A DNA stretch of 32,361 bases from positions 1 to 32,361 of the forward strand of contig CAYWGE010000003.1 of assembly GCA_964457215.1 (NCBI GenBank). Reading direction: 5' to 3'. This DNA comes from an uncultured Pseudomonadota bacterium. GTDB lineage: Bacteria > UBA10199 > JADFYH01. Each line of letters begins with the position of its first letter. Positions within the stretch are counted from its first letter, which is position 1. Both the position numbers and the translations under genes were made by a program. Positions 16,541-24,878 of this stretch are shown piece after piece. Below the pieces are notes generated by a model. The model ran no database searches, was not told the origin of the DNA, and was given only the letters and a program-made list of their open reading frames with translations.

Positions 16541-18190
16541 ATGGCCTTAGATTGGAATGAAGAAGACGATGACGATTTAACCGTATTAGAAACTAAGCCG
16601 GCCCAAACACGGCCGCATCTAGATGATTATGCGCCCGATGAAACGGTTCCTTATACGCGGAGTGCTCAATACTTATTGAAAGAGCTTGAAGCCGAATCTC
16701 CCTACAAACCTCTGCATAGTCTCATGCCCTTTTCTTCGCACCGCATTCCCCTTCAAGCGGCTCTGCCCCGCGACCGTTTTGCGGCCTGTTTACTTGATAC
16801 GATTTTAATCCTGTATTTAAATTTAATGGCCGGGCGTATTTTATGGTTGGCGATTTTTCACAAGCCCTGGTTTAGCGCGTTTCAACATTTTGAACTTCCC
16901 ATCCGCATCATTGCCTTTTTAGCTTTAGCGCTTATTTATTATGTAGTTTTTGAAGCGACTATTGGCGCGACCCCTGGCAAGCTCTTATGCCGTTTACGTG
17001 TGGTAGATTTAGAGGGCCTAACCCCTCCGTTAGCCAATATTTTTCTTCGCAATCTTTGCCGTTTGTTTGATTACCCACTCGCCTTTATTGTGGCGTTGCT
17101 TTCGATGGAAAGCTCTCATTTCTTTCAAACTTTAGGGGACCGGGCGGCGCATACGATCGTCATCAAAAAATCACGCCAACGCTTAAAGGCAATTGATCTA
17201 AGAAATGTGGCGGTAAGCTCTACCTTTATTCGACTCCTTTCCTTCTTGGCGGACGTGAGTATTTTTATCCTTTTCCTTTGGCTCTACGCACGCATCATGC
17301 CCTACGGGCATCCTGGCCTGTTTCGGATTTTATTTTGGCTCTTTCCCTTTTTATTCTGTTTTTATTTTGCCATCTTCGAGTTTGCGATCTCTACCACCCC
17401 TGGCAAATTCTTATTCTCACGACAAGTGGTACTCGATAATGGAGAGCCCCTGGATGCCACGGCTGCCATCCTACGAAATCTTTTTAGGCCTTTGGATGTT
17501 TTCGTGGCCTACCCTCTTTTGGCGCTCACTCGCAAAAAACAACGTTTAGGAGACTTAGTCGCCGATACTTTAGTGATTAAGTACCCGCGCCAACGCCGTG
17601 GATTTATCGCCTTAGGAAGTTTAGCGTTTATCATGTTGGTATTAGCTTATCTGGGGAGTCAAAATCCTTACCGCAATCGTTTTCAACAACAACTCAATAC
17701 CCTCTTTCATTCGGTTCAGATTATACACTCCCCCACACCGAGTCTTTTTCAAGAGCCACTTCCTCCTTCTTCAAATAATACATCTCCTCCCAGTGCACCC
17801 AATCCTTCTGGTACGGATTTACAAATGAATGAATTTTATTTTGCGGCCGGGGCAGACCCTACGGCTATTCGAGCGGATGGAGTTTTTCGTCGAGGCGATT
17901 TAATTTTTTTATTCTTTAAGGTTTCGGGCTTTCAAAAAAATGAATCGGGCGGGGTGAGTTTGAGCGAAGGAGTAGAAGTAATCGATCCTGCGGGAAAACG
18001 AGTTTATCGTTCTCCCGACACAACGAGTTTTACCCAAGCCGTCTCCCCCGGTACTCAAAGCATCCTTTTTGCCAATCAAATCAACCTTCTCCCTAATAGT
18101 CCTTTAGGAAACTACCGACTAATGATTACCTTACAAGATGGCTTAAATGGGACTCGAGCTGTTTTTGAAAAAACATTTTCTTTGCAATGA
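16541..18190 (+). CDS. Membrane protein with two RDD domains and a C-terminal extracytoplasmic domain
   Basis: Two RDD-like modules (..ATIGATPGKLLCRLRVVD..RNLCRLFDY.. and ..AISTTPGKFLFSRQVVL..RNLFRPLD..). An acidic N-terminus. A final TM, then a Pro/Ser linker and a ~130-aa beta-rich C-terminal domain. Confidence 0.8.
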   Translation: MALDWNEEDDDDLTVLETKPAQTRPHLDDYAPDETVPYTRSAQYLLKELEAESPYKPLHSLMPFSSHRIPLQAALPRDRFAACLLDTILILYLNLMAGRILWLAIFHKPWFSAFQHFELPIRIIAFLALALIYYVVFEATIGATPGKLLCRLRVVDLEGLTPPLANIFLRNLCRLFDYPLAFIVALLSMESSHFFQTLGDRAAHTIVIKKSRQRLKAIDLRNVAVSSTFIRLLSFLADVSIFILFLWLYARIMPYGHPGLFRILFWLFPFLFCFYFAIFEFAISTTPGKFLFSRQVVLDNGEPLDATAAILRNLFRPLDVFVAYPLLALTRKKQRLGDLVADTLVIKYPRQRRGFIALGSLAFIMLVLAYLGSQNPYRNRFQQQLNTLFHSVQIIHSPTPSLFQEPLPPSSNNTSPPSAPNPSGTDLQMNEFYFAAGADPTAIRADGVFRRGDLIFLFFKVSGFQKNESGGVSLSEGVEVIDPAGKRVYRSPDTTSFTQAVSPGTQSILFANQINLLPNSPLGNYRLMITLQDGLNGTRAVFEKTFSLQ

Positions 18191-18293
18191 GGCATAAAGT
18201 TTTTCTTGAGCCCTCTTCTTCACTTTGTTACAGCTAAAGCTTCAGTAATCGCCCTGTTTGTATCGATAGAAATTATTTTTTTAAGGAGTTTTT

Positions 18294-19046
18294 ATGTCCG
18301 GTCACTCAAAGTGGGCAACCATTAAACGCAAAAAAGGAGCTGCGGATGCGAAACGCGGCCAAGTCTTCACCAAACTTATTAAAGCCATCACTGTAGCAGC
18401 ACGTATGGGGGGCGGAGATCCTAACGGCAATCCTCGCCTTCGAAAAGCGGTAGATGATGCCAAAGCACAATCTATGCCCATGGATAACATTCAACGTGCG
18501 ATTAAAAAGGGAACGGGCGAACTTGAAGGCGTTAGCTACGAAGAGATTATTTATGAAGCCTATGGCCCTGCAGGCGTTGCCTTGATGATTGAGTCTTTAA
18601 CAGATAATAAAAATCGTACAGTCTCCGAACTGCGCAACATTCTCTCGAAACAAGGTGGGAATATGGGAGAATCCGGCTCAGTGGGCTGGGTCTTCGAGAA
18701 AAAGGGCGTCTTTTATTTTGAAAAAGACAAAGTAAGCGAAGAAAAGCTCATGGAGCTTGCCTTAGAAGCCGGGGCAGATGATGTGCAAGAAGGCGAAGAC
18801 GATTTTCAGGTGAGCTCTTCTACCGAGGCCTACGAAGGGGTAAAAGCTGCTCTAGAAAAGGCAGGCCTTAAACCCAGTCATTCCGAAGTGGGACTTATTC
18901 CTAAAAATACAATTAAATTAGGCGAAGACGATGCCCGAAAAATGCTGAAGTTGATGGAAGCTTTAGAAGAACACGACGATGTTCAAAAGGTTTTTGCGAA
19001 TTTTGATATTCCCAATGACATACTCAATAAAATAGCGAATGAGTAA
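18294..19046 (+). CDS. yebC: YebC/PmpR-family transcriptional regulator
   Basis: MSGHSKWATIKRKKGAADAKRG is the hallmark N-terminus. AAGGAG SD upstream. Confidence 0.95.
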   Translation: MSGHSKWATIKRKKGAADAKRGQVFTKLIKAITVAARMGGGDPNGNPRLRKAVDDAKAQSMPMDNIQRAIKKGTGELEGVSYEEIIYEAYGPAGVALMIESLTDNKNRTVSELRNILSKQGGNMGESGSVGWVFEKKGVFYFEKDKVSEEKLMELALEAGADDVQEGEDDFQVSSSTEAYEGVKAALEKAGLKPSHSEVGLIPKNTIKLGEDDARKMLKLMEALEEHDDVQKVFANFDIPNDILNKIANE

Positions 19047-19170
19047 TTGAACTCTCTTCCCCTGGTGTCATTCCCCGACTCGATCGGGGAATCCAAAAAC
19101 ACCTGTTAAACATGGATCCCCCGGTCCCTCCCAAGGCGGGCAGGCAAGCCGGAGGATGACAGGTTTCTCT

Positions 19171-19668
19171 ATGAAAATTCTTGGTATCGATCCCGGCAGC
19201 CGTATTACCGGATACGGCCTTGTCGAAAGGCAAAGAACCAAACTCCTCCATATCGATAACGGAGGGATTTTCACTAATCCTCAAGACAACTTAGCTCAAA
19301 AAATTCACGCTTTATTTCGAGGAACCTTTGATCTAATCGAGAAATTCTCTCCCGATGCTCTAGCCTTAGAAAACATTTTTTATGCCAAAAATGTAAGGAG
19401 TGCCTTGATTTTAGCCCATGCCCGAGGGGCCATTATGGCAGCGGCCCTCGAAAAACAGATTCCCGTTCATGAGTATAGCCCCCTCGAAGTAAAGCAGGCC
19501 TTAGTGGGTTATGGAAGAGCGAGTAAAGAGCAAGTCCAAACGATGGTAAAACAGATATTGAAACTTCCTGAAAAAACCTATTTTGATGCCTCGGATGCCT
19601 TAGCGGTTGCGATTTGCCACTTGAATTCTTATACACTTCAGCAGAAAATCCAAAAAGTCGTATCTTAA
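19171..19668 (+). CDS. ruvC: Holliday junction resolvase RuvC
   Basis: MKILGIDPGSRITGYG is the typical RuvC start. The track ORF begins 15 nt earlier (19156). GGAGGA lies at 19151-19156. Confidence 0.9.
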   Translation: MKILGIDPGSRITGYGLVERQRTKLLHIDNGGIFTNPQDNLAQKIHALFRGTFDLIEKFSPDALALENIFYAKNVRSALILAHARGAIMAAALEKQIPVHEYSPLEVKQALVGYGRASKEQVQTMVKQILKLPEKTYFDASDALAVAICHLNSYTLQQKIQKVVS

Positions 19669-19695
19669 ATTCAATGTGCTAGAAAGAATCTACAG

Positions 19696-20298
19696 ATGAT
19701 AGCTCAACTCACGGGTGAAATTTCAGAAATTTGCGACGACTCCTTAATCTTAAATGTCCAAGGAGTGGGCTATGAAATTTTTTTATCCTCCACTTCTCTC
19801 GAAAAATTAAAAACTCATCAAGGCTCTCTAAGTTTAAGTATTTATACCGCTGTTCGTGAGGATGCGATTACGCTCTATGGCTTTTTATCGCGCAGCGTCC
19901 GTGAATTATTCGTGAGACTTCTCCGCGTTTCAGGGATTGGCCCTAAGCTGGCTTTGAATATTCTCTCAGGTATCGGTTCTCAAGATTTAATTGCCGCCAT
20001 CCATCAAGAAGATTTAGTGCGCTTAACTTCAATCTCCGGTATTGGCAAAAAGACTGCGGAACGCATGATTGTTGAGTTAAAAGATAAACTCTTAGATTTG
20101 TTAGATCAGTCTTCTCTTAAAGAGACATCTGCCCTGAAAACAAAAAATCAGATTGAGCGCGATGTGTTATCGGCCCTCTTAAACTTGGGTTATAATCGCC
20201 ATGAAATTGAGAAAACTTTAGAACGCATCTCTTTCAAAGAAAATATAGCCTTTGAACAGGCGCTCAAAGAATCACTTCAAACTCTATCGAAAGCGTAA
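19696..20298 (+). CDS. ruvA: Holliday junction DNA helicase subunit RuvA
   Basis: MIAQLTGEI..., HhH motifs (VSGIGPKLAL, ISGIGKKTAERM). Sits between ruvC and ruvB. Confidence 0.95.
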   Translation: MIAQLTGEISEICDDSLILNVQGVGYEIFLSSTSLEKLKTHQGSLSLSIYTAVREDAITLYGFLSRSVRELFVRLLRVSGIGPKLALNILSGIGSQDLIAAIHQEDLVRLTSISGIGKKTAERMIVELKDKLLDLLDQSSLKETSALKTKNQIERDVLSALLNLGYNRHEIEKTLERISFKENIAFEQALKESLQTLSKA

Positions 20299-20307
20299 GT
20301 TTTTATT

Positions 20308-21339
20308 ATGTCGATCCGATCTAATCAAGAAATTGAAACTCTCCCTCTCGAAATCGAAGAGGTTGAAATTGAGCAATCGCTCCGTCCTAAAAATTTGAAT
20401 GAATACATTGGCCAAGAAAAAGTAAAAGAAAAACTCAAAATCTTTATCGAGGCAGCCCTTAAACGCAAAGAGGCTTTAGATCATTGTTTGTTTTATGGCC
20501 CTCCTGGATTGGGTAAGACCTCTCTCGCCCACATTCTGGCTAATGAGTTAAAAGTAGGTATTAAAAGTACCTCGGGTCCAGTCATTGAACGTCCAGGCGA
20601 TCTTGCTGCAATCCTCACTAATCTTGAAGCAGGCCAGGTTCTTTTTATCGATGAGATTCACCGGCTCAATACCACGGTCGAAGAGATTCTTTACCCCGCA
20701 ATGGAAGACTACAAACTCGATATTTTAATTGGCCAAGGTCCGTCTGCCAAAACCATTAAACTTGATCTGCCTCGCTTCACTTTAGTGGGGGCGACCACCC
20801 GTGCAGGCTTGCTCACCTCCCCTTTGCGCGATCGATTTGGAGTAGTTGCACGCCTCGATTTTTATAAGCCTGAAGAGCTGCAAACCATAGCTCTACGCTC
20901 TGCACAGCTTTTGGGAGTACAGATCGATAAAGAAGGCGCTTTAGAAATCGCGAAACGTTCACGCGGCACTCCGCGTATTACCAACCGGCTTTTGCGCAGA
21001 GTCCGTGATTTTGCCGAGGTCAAAGCCTCTGGCCATATTACTCAAAAAGTGGCTCAAGATGGTTTGACTTTACTCGAAGTCGACTCCCAGGGCTTTGATC
21101 ATATGGACCGAAAAATCTTACTTACCATCATCGAAAAATTTTCAGGGGGGCCTGTTGGAATTGAAACACTCTCCAGCGCTATCAGCGAAGAAAAAGATAC
21201 CTTAGAAGATGTCTATGAACCTTACCTCATTCAAAGCGGTTTTATTCATCGCACTCCTCGCGGCAGAGTAGCAACTGATCTCGCTTATCAGCATTTAGGA
21301 ATTCCAAAAACTAAGTCGGATCAATCTCAACTCTTTTAA
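20308..21339 (+). CDS. ruvB: Holliday junction DNA helicase RuvB
   Basis: [12 protein letters not shown], Walker [10 protein letters not shown], Walker [16 protein letters not shown]. Confidence 0.97.
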   Translation: MSIRSNQEIETLPLEIEEVEIEQSLRPKNLNEYIGQEKVKEKLKIFIEAALKRKEALDHCLFYGPPGLGKTSLAHILANELKVGIKSTSGPVIERPGDLAAILTNLEAGQVLFIDEIHRLNTTVEEILYPAMEDYKLDILIGQGPSAKTIKLDLPRFTLVGATTRAGLLTSPLRDRFGVVARLDFYKPEELQTIALRSAQLLGVQIDKEGALEIAKRSRGTPRITNRLLRRVRDFAEVKASGHITQKVAQDGLTLLEVDSQGFDHMDRKILLTIIEKFSGGPVGIETLSSAISEEKDTLEDVYEPYLIQSGFIHRTPRGRVATDLAYQHLGIPKTKSDQSQLF

Positions 21340-21442
21340 GAAATTAACAAAATTTTAGTTTTTATTTTCCAATTCTACGCTGCACTGTGATAAGCTTAAA
21401 CGCGGTGACTATTTTACTAATTATTCATTTTTTATAAAAACA

Positions 21443-21769
21443 ATGGCGAGCTATAAAAAAACAAAAAGAAAATTATTTGGACTGATCAGTCTAGGCCTTT
21501 TGGGTTTTTTTACTATCCTCACTGCTTTTGGAGATGAAGGTTTACTGAAATTAAGAAAATTTTATCTCCTTCGCAATAAAATCCATGCCGAAAATCAAGA
21601 GCTTTTCAAAACCAATCAGCGCTTAAATCAAGAAATCAACCTTCTTAAAGAGCCGCTCTACACCGAACGCCTCATTCGTGAAAAACTGGGATATGTGAAA
21701 CCGAAGGAATTAGTTCTGATTTTAGATACCCCTGCTCCCTCGGAGCATGCGAATCCCCAACACAATTGA
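21443..21769 (+). CDS. Septum formation initiator (FtsB/DivIC family)
   Basis: N-terminal TM (LFGLISLGLLGFFTILTAF), then a coiled coil and REKLGYVKPKELV, typical of the family. Confidence 0.75.
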   Translation: MASYKKTKRKLFGLISLGLLGFFTILTAFGDEGLLKLRKFYLLRNKIHAENQELFKTNQRLNQEINLLKEPLYTERLIREKLGYVKPKELVLILDTPAPSEHANPQHN

Positions 21770-21983
21770 TCTCATGGGGAGAAACTTTAAAAACCCTGAA
21801 TTAAGGTTTGACTTTACCCCCCAAACTCTTTTAGCCTCTCTGATCTGAATTCACCGTAATAAGTAATATTAGGGTATCATGCACCTTTTACCTTCTTTTT
21901 TAAGGAAAGGTGAATTCATCAAGAAGTATCCTTAAAAAGAAAAAAGTATAAGGGGAGGTACCAATCCTTTAAGGAGGAATTTT

Positions 21984-22190
21984 ATGGCTCGTAGTAAAGG
22001 CCGCGTTAAGTGGTTCAACGATAACAAGGGTTTTGGTTTCATCGAACAAGAAAACGGACAAGATGTGTTCGTTCACTATTCGGCAATTTCTGGCGATGGC
22101 TACAAATCATTAGCCGAAGGCCAAACCGTTGAATTTGAAATCACTGAAGGTGCCAAAGGATTGCAAGCAACAGACGTAATCAAAGTATAA
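21984..22190 (+). CDS. cspA: Cold-shock protein (CspA family)
   Basis: [15 protein letters not shown] (RNP1) and VFVHYS (RNP2). AAGGAGG SD. Long 5' untranslated region. Confidence 0.95.
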   Translation: MARSKGRVKWFNDNKGFGFIEQENGQDVFVHYSAISGDGYKSLAEGQTVEFEITEGAKGLQATDVIKV

Positions 22191-22212
22191 GTTAAGACTT
22201 GGCAAAAAATAG

Positions 22213-22249
22213 CCCTCTTCGATTAAATTCGGAGAGGGTTTTTTATTTT
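22213..22249. terminator. Bidirectional rho-independent terminator (cspA / cupin gene)
   Basis: Stem CCCTCTTCGA (22213-22222) pairs with TCGGAGAGGG (22229-22238), with one T-G wobble and loop TTAAAT. TTTTTTATTTT follows on the plus strand and an A-run precedes it. Confidence 0.75.
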
Positions 22250-22277
22250 GACACACCCACACAATGTAGAGGCAATT

Positions 22278-22628
22278 TTAAATTCTTCCGTAATCATCGT
22301 TAAACCGCTCAATATCATCTTCGCCGAAATACTTTCCGGTTTGAATCTCAATGATTAATAAATTTTCTGTGCCTCGGTTTTGGAGTCGATGTTTTGTGCC
22401 TATAGGAATATCCACCGCTTGTCCGGGACGAAGCATGATCTCTTCTTGATTAAGCGTCACACAGGCCTCCCCTTGAAGCACATACCAATGCTCCGATCTT
22501 TTTTGATGGCTTTGCAAACTCAATCTTCTGTCCGGATAAACGCACAGACGCTTGATTTTATGATCGAGTTCATCGGCTAAGACCTGATAATAGCCCCAGG
22601 GTCGGTGTTCGGTGAGAGGGGAAGACAT
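22278..22628 (-). CDS. Stand-alone cupin, mannose-6-phosphate isomerase type II C-terminal-domain-like
   Basis: RPWGYYQVL...KRLCVYPDRRLSLQSHQKRSEHWYVLQGEA...H matches the PMI type II cupin pattern. AAGGAG SD upstream. Confidence 0.8.
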   Translation of the reverse strand: MSSPLTEHRPWGYYQVLADELDHKIKRLCVYPDRRLSLQSHQKRSEHWYVLQGEACVTLNQEEIMLRPGQAVDIPIGTKHRLQNRGTENLLIIEIQTGKYFGEDDIERFNDDYGRI

Positions 22629-22730
22629 ACAGAGCTCCTTTTACGGATGGAGTTCGTTTTTGGTTTAATGATACTCCATTTACCAATGGGGGTGGTCATA
22701 GGGAGCAACAGCGTGCTCTCCATGACTTTA

Positions 22731-22757
22731 GCCCCGATAAACTTTGTTTATCGGGGC
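22731..22757 (-). terminator. Strong hairpin immediately 3' of tRNA-Ala (terminator- or processing-like, no U-tract)
   Basis: GCCCCGATAAAC-TTT-GTTTATCGGGGC forms a perfect 12-bp stem. It starts 4 nt after the tRNA 3' end on the minus strand. Confidence 0.4.
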
Positions 22758-22760
22758 GAA

Positions 22761-22833
<73 letters not shown>

Positions 22834-22919
22834 TAAAATTTGGTAGCACCAAATTTTTCCGAATTACGAACTCTTGCTACCAAATTTCGTTCTTCAGAAA
22901 AAATCGCGCCACCACCCAC

Positions 22920-23180
22920 CTACTTCTTTTCCAACTCTTCAATTTTTGCACTCAAGCGTTCGATTTGAGTGCTTAAACGCTTTATCTCTGCATCTTTAGT
23001 AGGATGCTTTTGGAACCAATGAAAAGAGATTTTTCCGAGCTTAATAAAAATTTTCGCTTGTTCTTGCTTTAAAAATGCTCGATCGATTTGTTTCTTACCT
23101 GCTTGAGAAATTCGGACCACCTCTTCACGGAGTTGTCCTAAAAGACGAGATGTATTTTTCAAGGGTTGAAGAAAACGCAT
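22920..23180 (-). CDS. Hypothetical small Lys-rich coiled-coil protein (86 aa)
   Basis: ATG-initiated ORF with a heptad-like C-terminus (AEIKRLSTQIERLSAKIEELEKK). No clear SD. I recognise no family. Confidence 0.4.
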   Translation of the reverse strand: MRFLQPLKNTSRLLGQLREEVVRISQAGKKQIDRAFLKQEQAKIFIKLGKISFHWFQKHPTKDAEIKRLSTQIERLSAKIEELEKK

Positions 23181-23360
23181 GTAATTTAGACAGCTCAGGT
23201 AACAAAACGTTTAAAAAAAGTCAACGTCTGATCCAGATTTCTAGCGGGGTTCCCTTGACAGAACTTTATAGCTTAGTTAAGAACCGGTCTTATGACTGAG
23301 TCCGGGTACCCAGCAAAGCTGGGTGGACGACGAAATGGTTGGAAACGGGAGTTGTAAACC

Positions 23361-23717
23361 ATGATACGCAGCATGCTTAAATCAAAGATCCACCGAGCGA
23401 CCGTTACCGATGCAGATCTTCATTACGAAGGCAGTGTTACCATTGATGAAAATTTGCTCAAAGCCGCTAATATACTCCCCAATGAACATGTTCATATTTG
23501 GGATGTGACGAACGGCAATCGCTTTGAAACTTATACAATCCTGGGCAAAAAAGGTTCGGGTTGTATCTGCATTAACGGAGCCGCTGCGCATTTAGCTAAA
23601 AAAGGGGATATCATTATTATCACCAGTTTTGGCATTTATACTGAGAAAGAGCTAAAAAATCATAAAACTAAAGTCGTTTTGGTTGATTCTAAAAACCAGA
23701 TCATTTCGAAGAAATAA
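23361..23717 (+). CDS. panD: Aspartate 1-decarboxylase
   Basis: MLKSKIHRATVTDADLHYEGSVTID contains the Gly-Ser self-cleavage site. Confidence 0.95.
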   Translation: MIRSMLKSKIHRATVTDADLHYEGSVTIDENLLKAANILPNEHVHIWDVTNGNRFETYTILGKKGSGCICINGAAAHLAKKGDIIIITSFGIYTEKELKNHKTKVVLVDSKNQIISKK

Positions 23718-24222
23718 GAGAATCGATCTTACTAATCCACTTCTCTCTGGCCCAGTCTTGAGGGCCTAAAATTTTCTCCACCACATTTCCTTGTGCATCA
23801 ATTAAATAAGTTTCGGGTACTTTATAGGTTCCGTATAAATCAGCAATTTTCATTTCTTGATCGAGTAGAATAGGAAAAGTAACTGGATTATTTTTCAGAA
23901 ATTGCTCAATCGATTTCCATCCTTCATCATCCAAGCTAATAGCTAAAGCCGTGAAGTTCTTGCCTTGGAAATGTTGAGACAACTTCTCTAAACTTTCCAT
24001 CTCGGACACACACGGACCACACCAAGTCGCCCAAAAATTAAGAAGTACAACCTTCCCTTCATAATCTTTCAAAGTTTTAAGTTGATTGCTAGCATTCGGA
24101 AGGGAAAATTCAGGAGCTTTTTTCCCCTCGAGTGAAGAGGGAGTATAAGAACGCGTTGTCCACCAAAGGCTGGATACAATAACTACAACAAGCCCTAAAA
24201 TGAGCCAAGCACGCAAATTCAT
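23701..24222 (-). CDS. TlpA/ResA-like membrane-anchored thiol:disulfide oxidoreductase
   Basis: N-terminal signal anchor. Thioredoxin fold with the WCGPC active site (LLNFWATWCGPCVSEM). Its 3' end overlaps the panD 3' end by 17 nt (convergent). Confidence 0.85.
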   Translation of the reverse strand: MNLRAWLILGLVVVIVSSLWWTTRSYTPSSLEGKKAPEFSLPNASNQLKTLKDYEGKVVLLNFWATWCGPCVSEMESLEKLSQHFQGKNFTALAISLDDEGWKSIEQFLKNNPVTFPILLDQEMKIADLYGTYKVPETYLIDAQGNVVEKILGPQDWAREKWISKIDSLISSK

Positions 24223-24226
24223 TTTT

Positions 24227-24306
24227 TAGTTATCAGTTGCCAGTTGTTAGTTGTCAGTTAACAAAATACCTTTTTCTAGAAACTGATCACCGGTAACTGA
24301 CAACTG
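24227..24306. repeat. Inverted arrays of heptanucleotide repeats (YAGTTRN)
   Basis: The plus strand has TAGTTAT CAGTTGC CAGTTGT TAGTTGT CAGTTAA (24227-24261, 5 x 7 nt). The reverse complement of 24281-24306 reads CAGTTGT CAGTTAC CGGTGAT CAGTT. AGTTGTCAGTTA (24249-24260) pairs perfectly with TAACTGACAACT (24294-24305). TTTTT follows on the plus strand. Confidence 0.6.
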
Positions 24307-24310
24307 TTTT

Positions 24311-24787
24311 TCAAGCCGCTTTTGAAGCAGATTTCTTTTTCGGGGCTTTGGCTTTAGTCGCTTTTTTTTCTACTTTTTTAGGATTCGATGCTTTTTTGGA
24401 CTTCTCAGTCTCTTTTTTCGCATTCTTAGGTACAAAATCGACATATTCCACAAGGGCCATCGGAGCGCCGTCTCCATGGCGATAGCCTAATTTTAAAACA
24501 CGAGTATAACCGCCCGCTCTTTGTTTGAAACGCTCTGCTAAATCGGTAAATAATTTTGAAACAGCACTCTTTTTACGAACCACTTGTAAAGCGCGTCTCC
24601 GAGCTTCGAGAGTACCTTTTTTACCCAGAGTGACCATGCGGTCGGCCAAGCTTTTTAATTGCTTTGCTTTTGGAAGAGTGGTTTCGATTCTTTCCGCTTC
24701 AATGAGTGAAGTGACCATATTTCTAAACATCGCCACGCGATGAGAAGTAGGACGGGAAAACCGAACTTTTGCAACGTGATGTCTCAT
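24311..24787 (-). CDS. rplQ: 50S ribosomal protein L17 with a Lys/Ala-rich C-terminal tail
   Basis: MRHHVAKVRFSRPTSHRVAMFRNM is the typical L17 start. About 40 extra C-terminal residues (KKETEKSKKASNPKKVEKKATKAKAPKKKSASKAA). Confidence 0.95.
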   Translation of the reverse strand: MRHHVAKVRFSRPTSHRVAMFRNMVTSLIEAERIETTLPKAKQLKSLADRMVTLGKKGTLEARRRALQVVRKKSAVSKLFTDLAERFKQRAGGYTRVLKLGYRHGDGAPMALVEYVDFVPKNAKKETEKSKKASNPKKVEKKATKAKAPKKKSASKAA

Positions 24788-24796
24788 AATTAATTC

Positions 24797-24874
24797 AGTG
24801 TTGAGTGCTTAGTGGTGAGTGCTGAAATTAAGGACTTCTTAAATTCAAAACTCAAAATTTAAAACTCAAAACCG
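24797..24874. repeat. Two heptanucleotide tandem arrays forming an imperfect long hairpin
   Basis: AGTGTTG AGTGCTT AGTGGTG AGTGCTG (24797-24824) and AAAACTC AAAATTT AAAACTC AAAACCG (24847-24874). GAGT and ACTC blocks are complementary. The central TTAAG-GACTT-CTTAA is a palindrome. Confidence 0.55.
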
Positions 24875-24878
24875 CAGT

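Noticed and set aside
17367-17549. 60-aa plus-strand ORF
   Set aside because: It is nested out of frame within the RDD protein gene.
18302-19284. Minus-strand ORFs 18302..18490, 18306..18494, 19024..19284 and 19068..19274
   Set aside because: The first two are antisense to yebC. The last two are generated by the GC-rich yebC-ruvC spacer and overlap the ruvC start. They are Pro/Gly/Arg-rich, as expected for a GC-rich non-coding stretch.
23075-23299. 74-aa plus-strand ORF upstream of panD
   Set aside because: It overlaps the 86-aa minus-strand ORF and the putative panD promoter and leader. It has no SD and an unremarkable sequence. The 86-aa ORF is itself only a weak call.
24227-24261. Heptamer array as a TRAP-like (G/U)AG binding platform, given the trp genes in the window
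   Set aside because: The triplets are separated by 4 nt, not 2-3 nt. The array is 12 kb from the trp operon and lies on the non-coding strand relative to the neighbouring genes.
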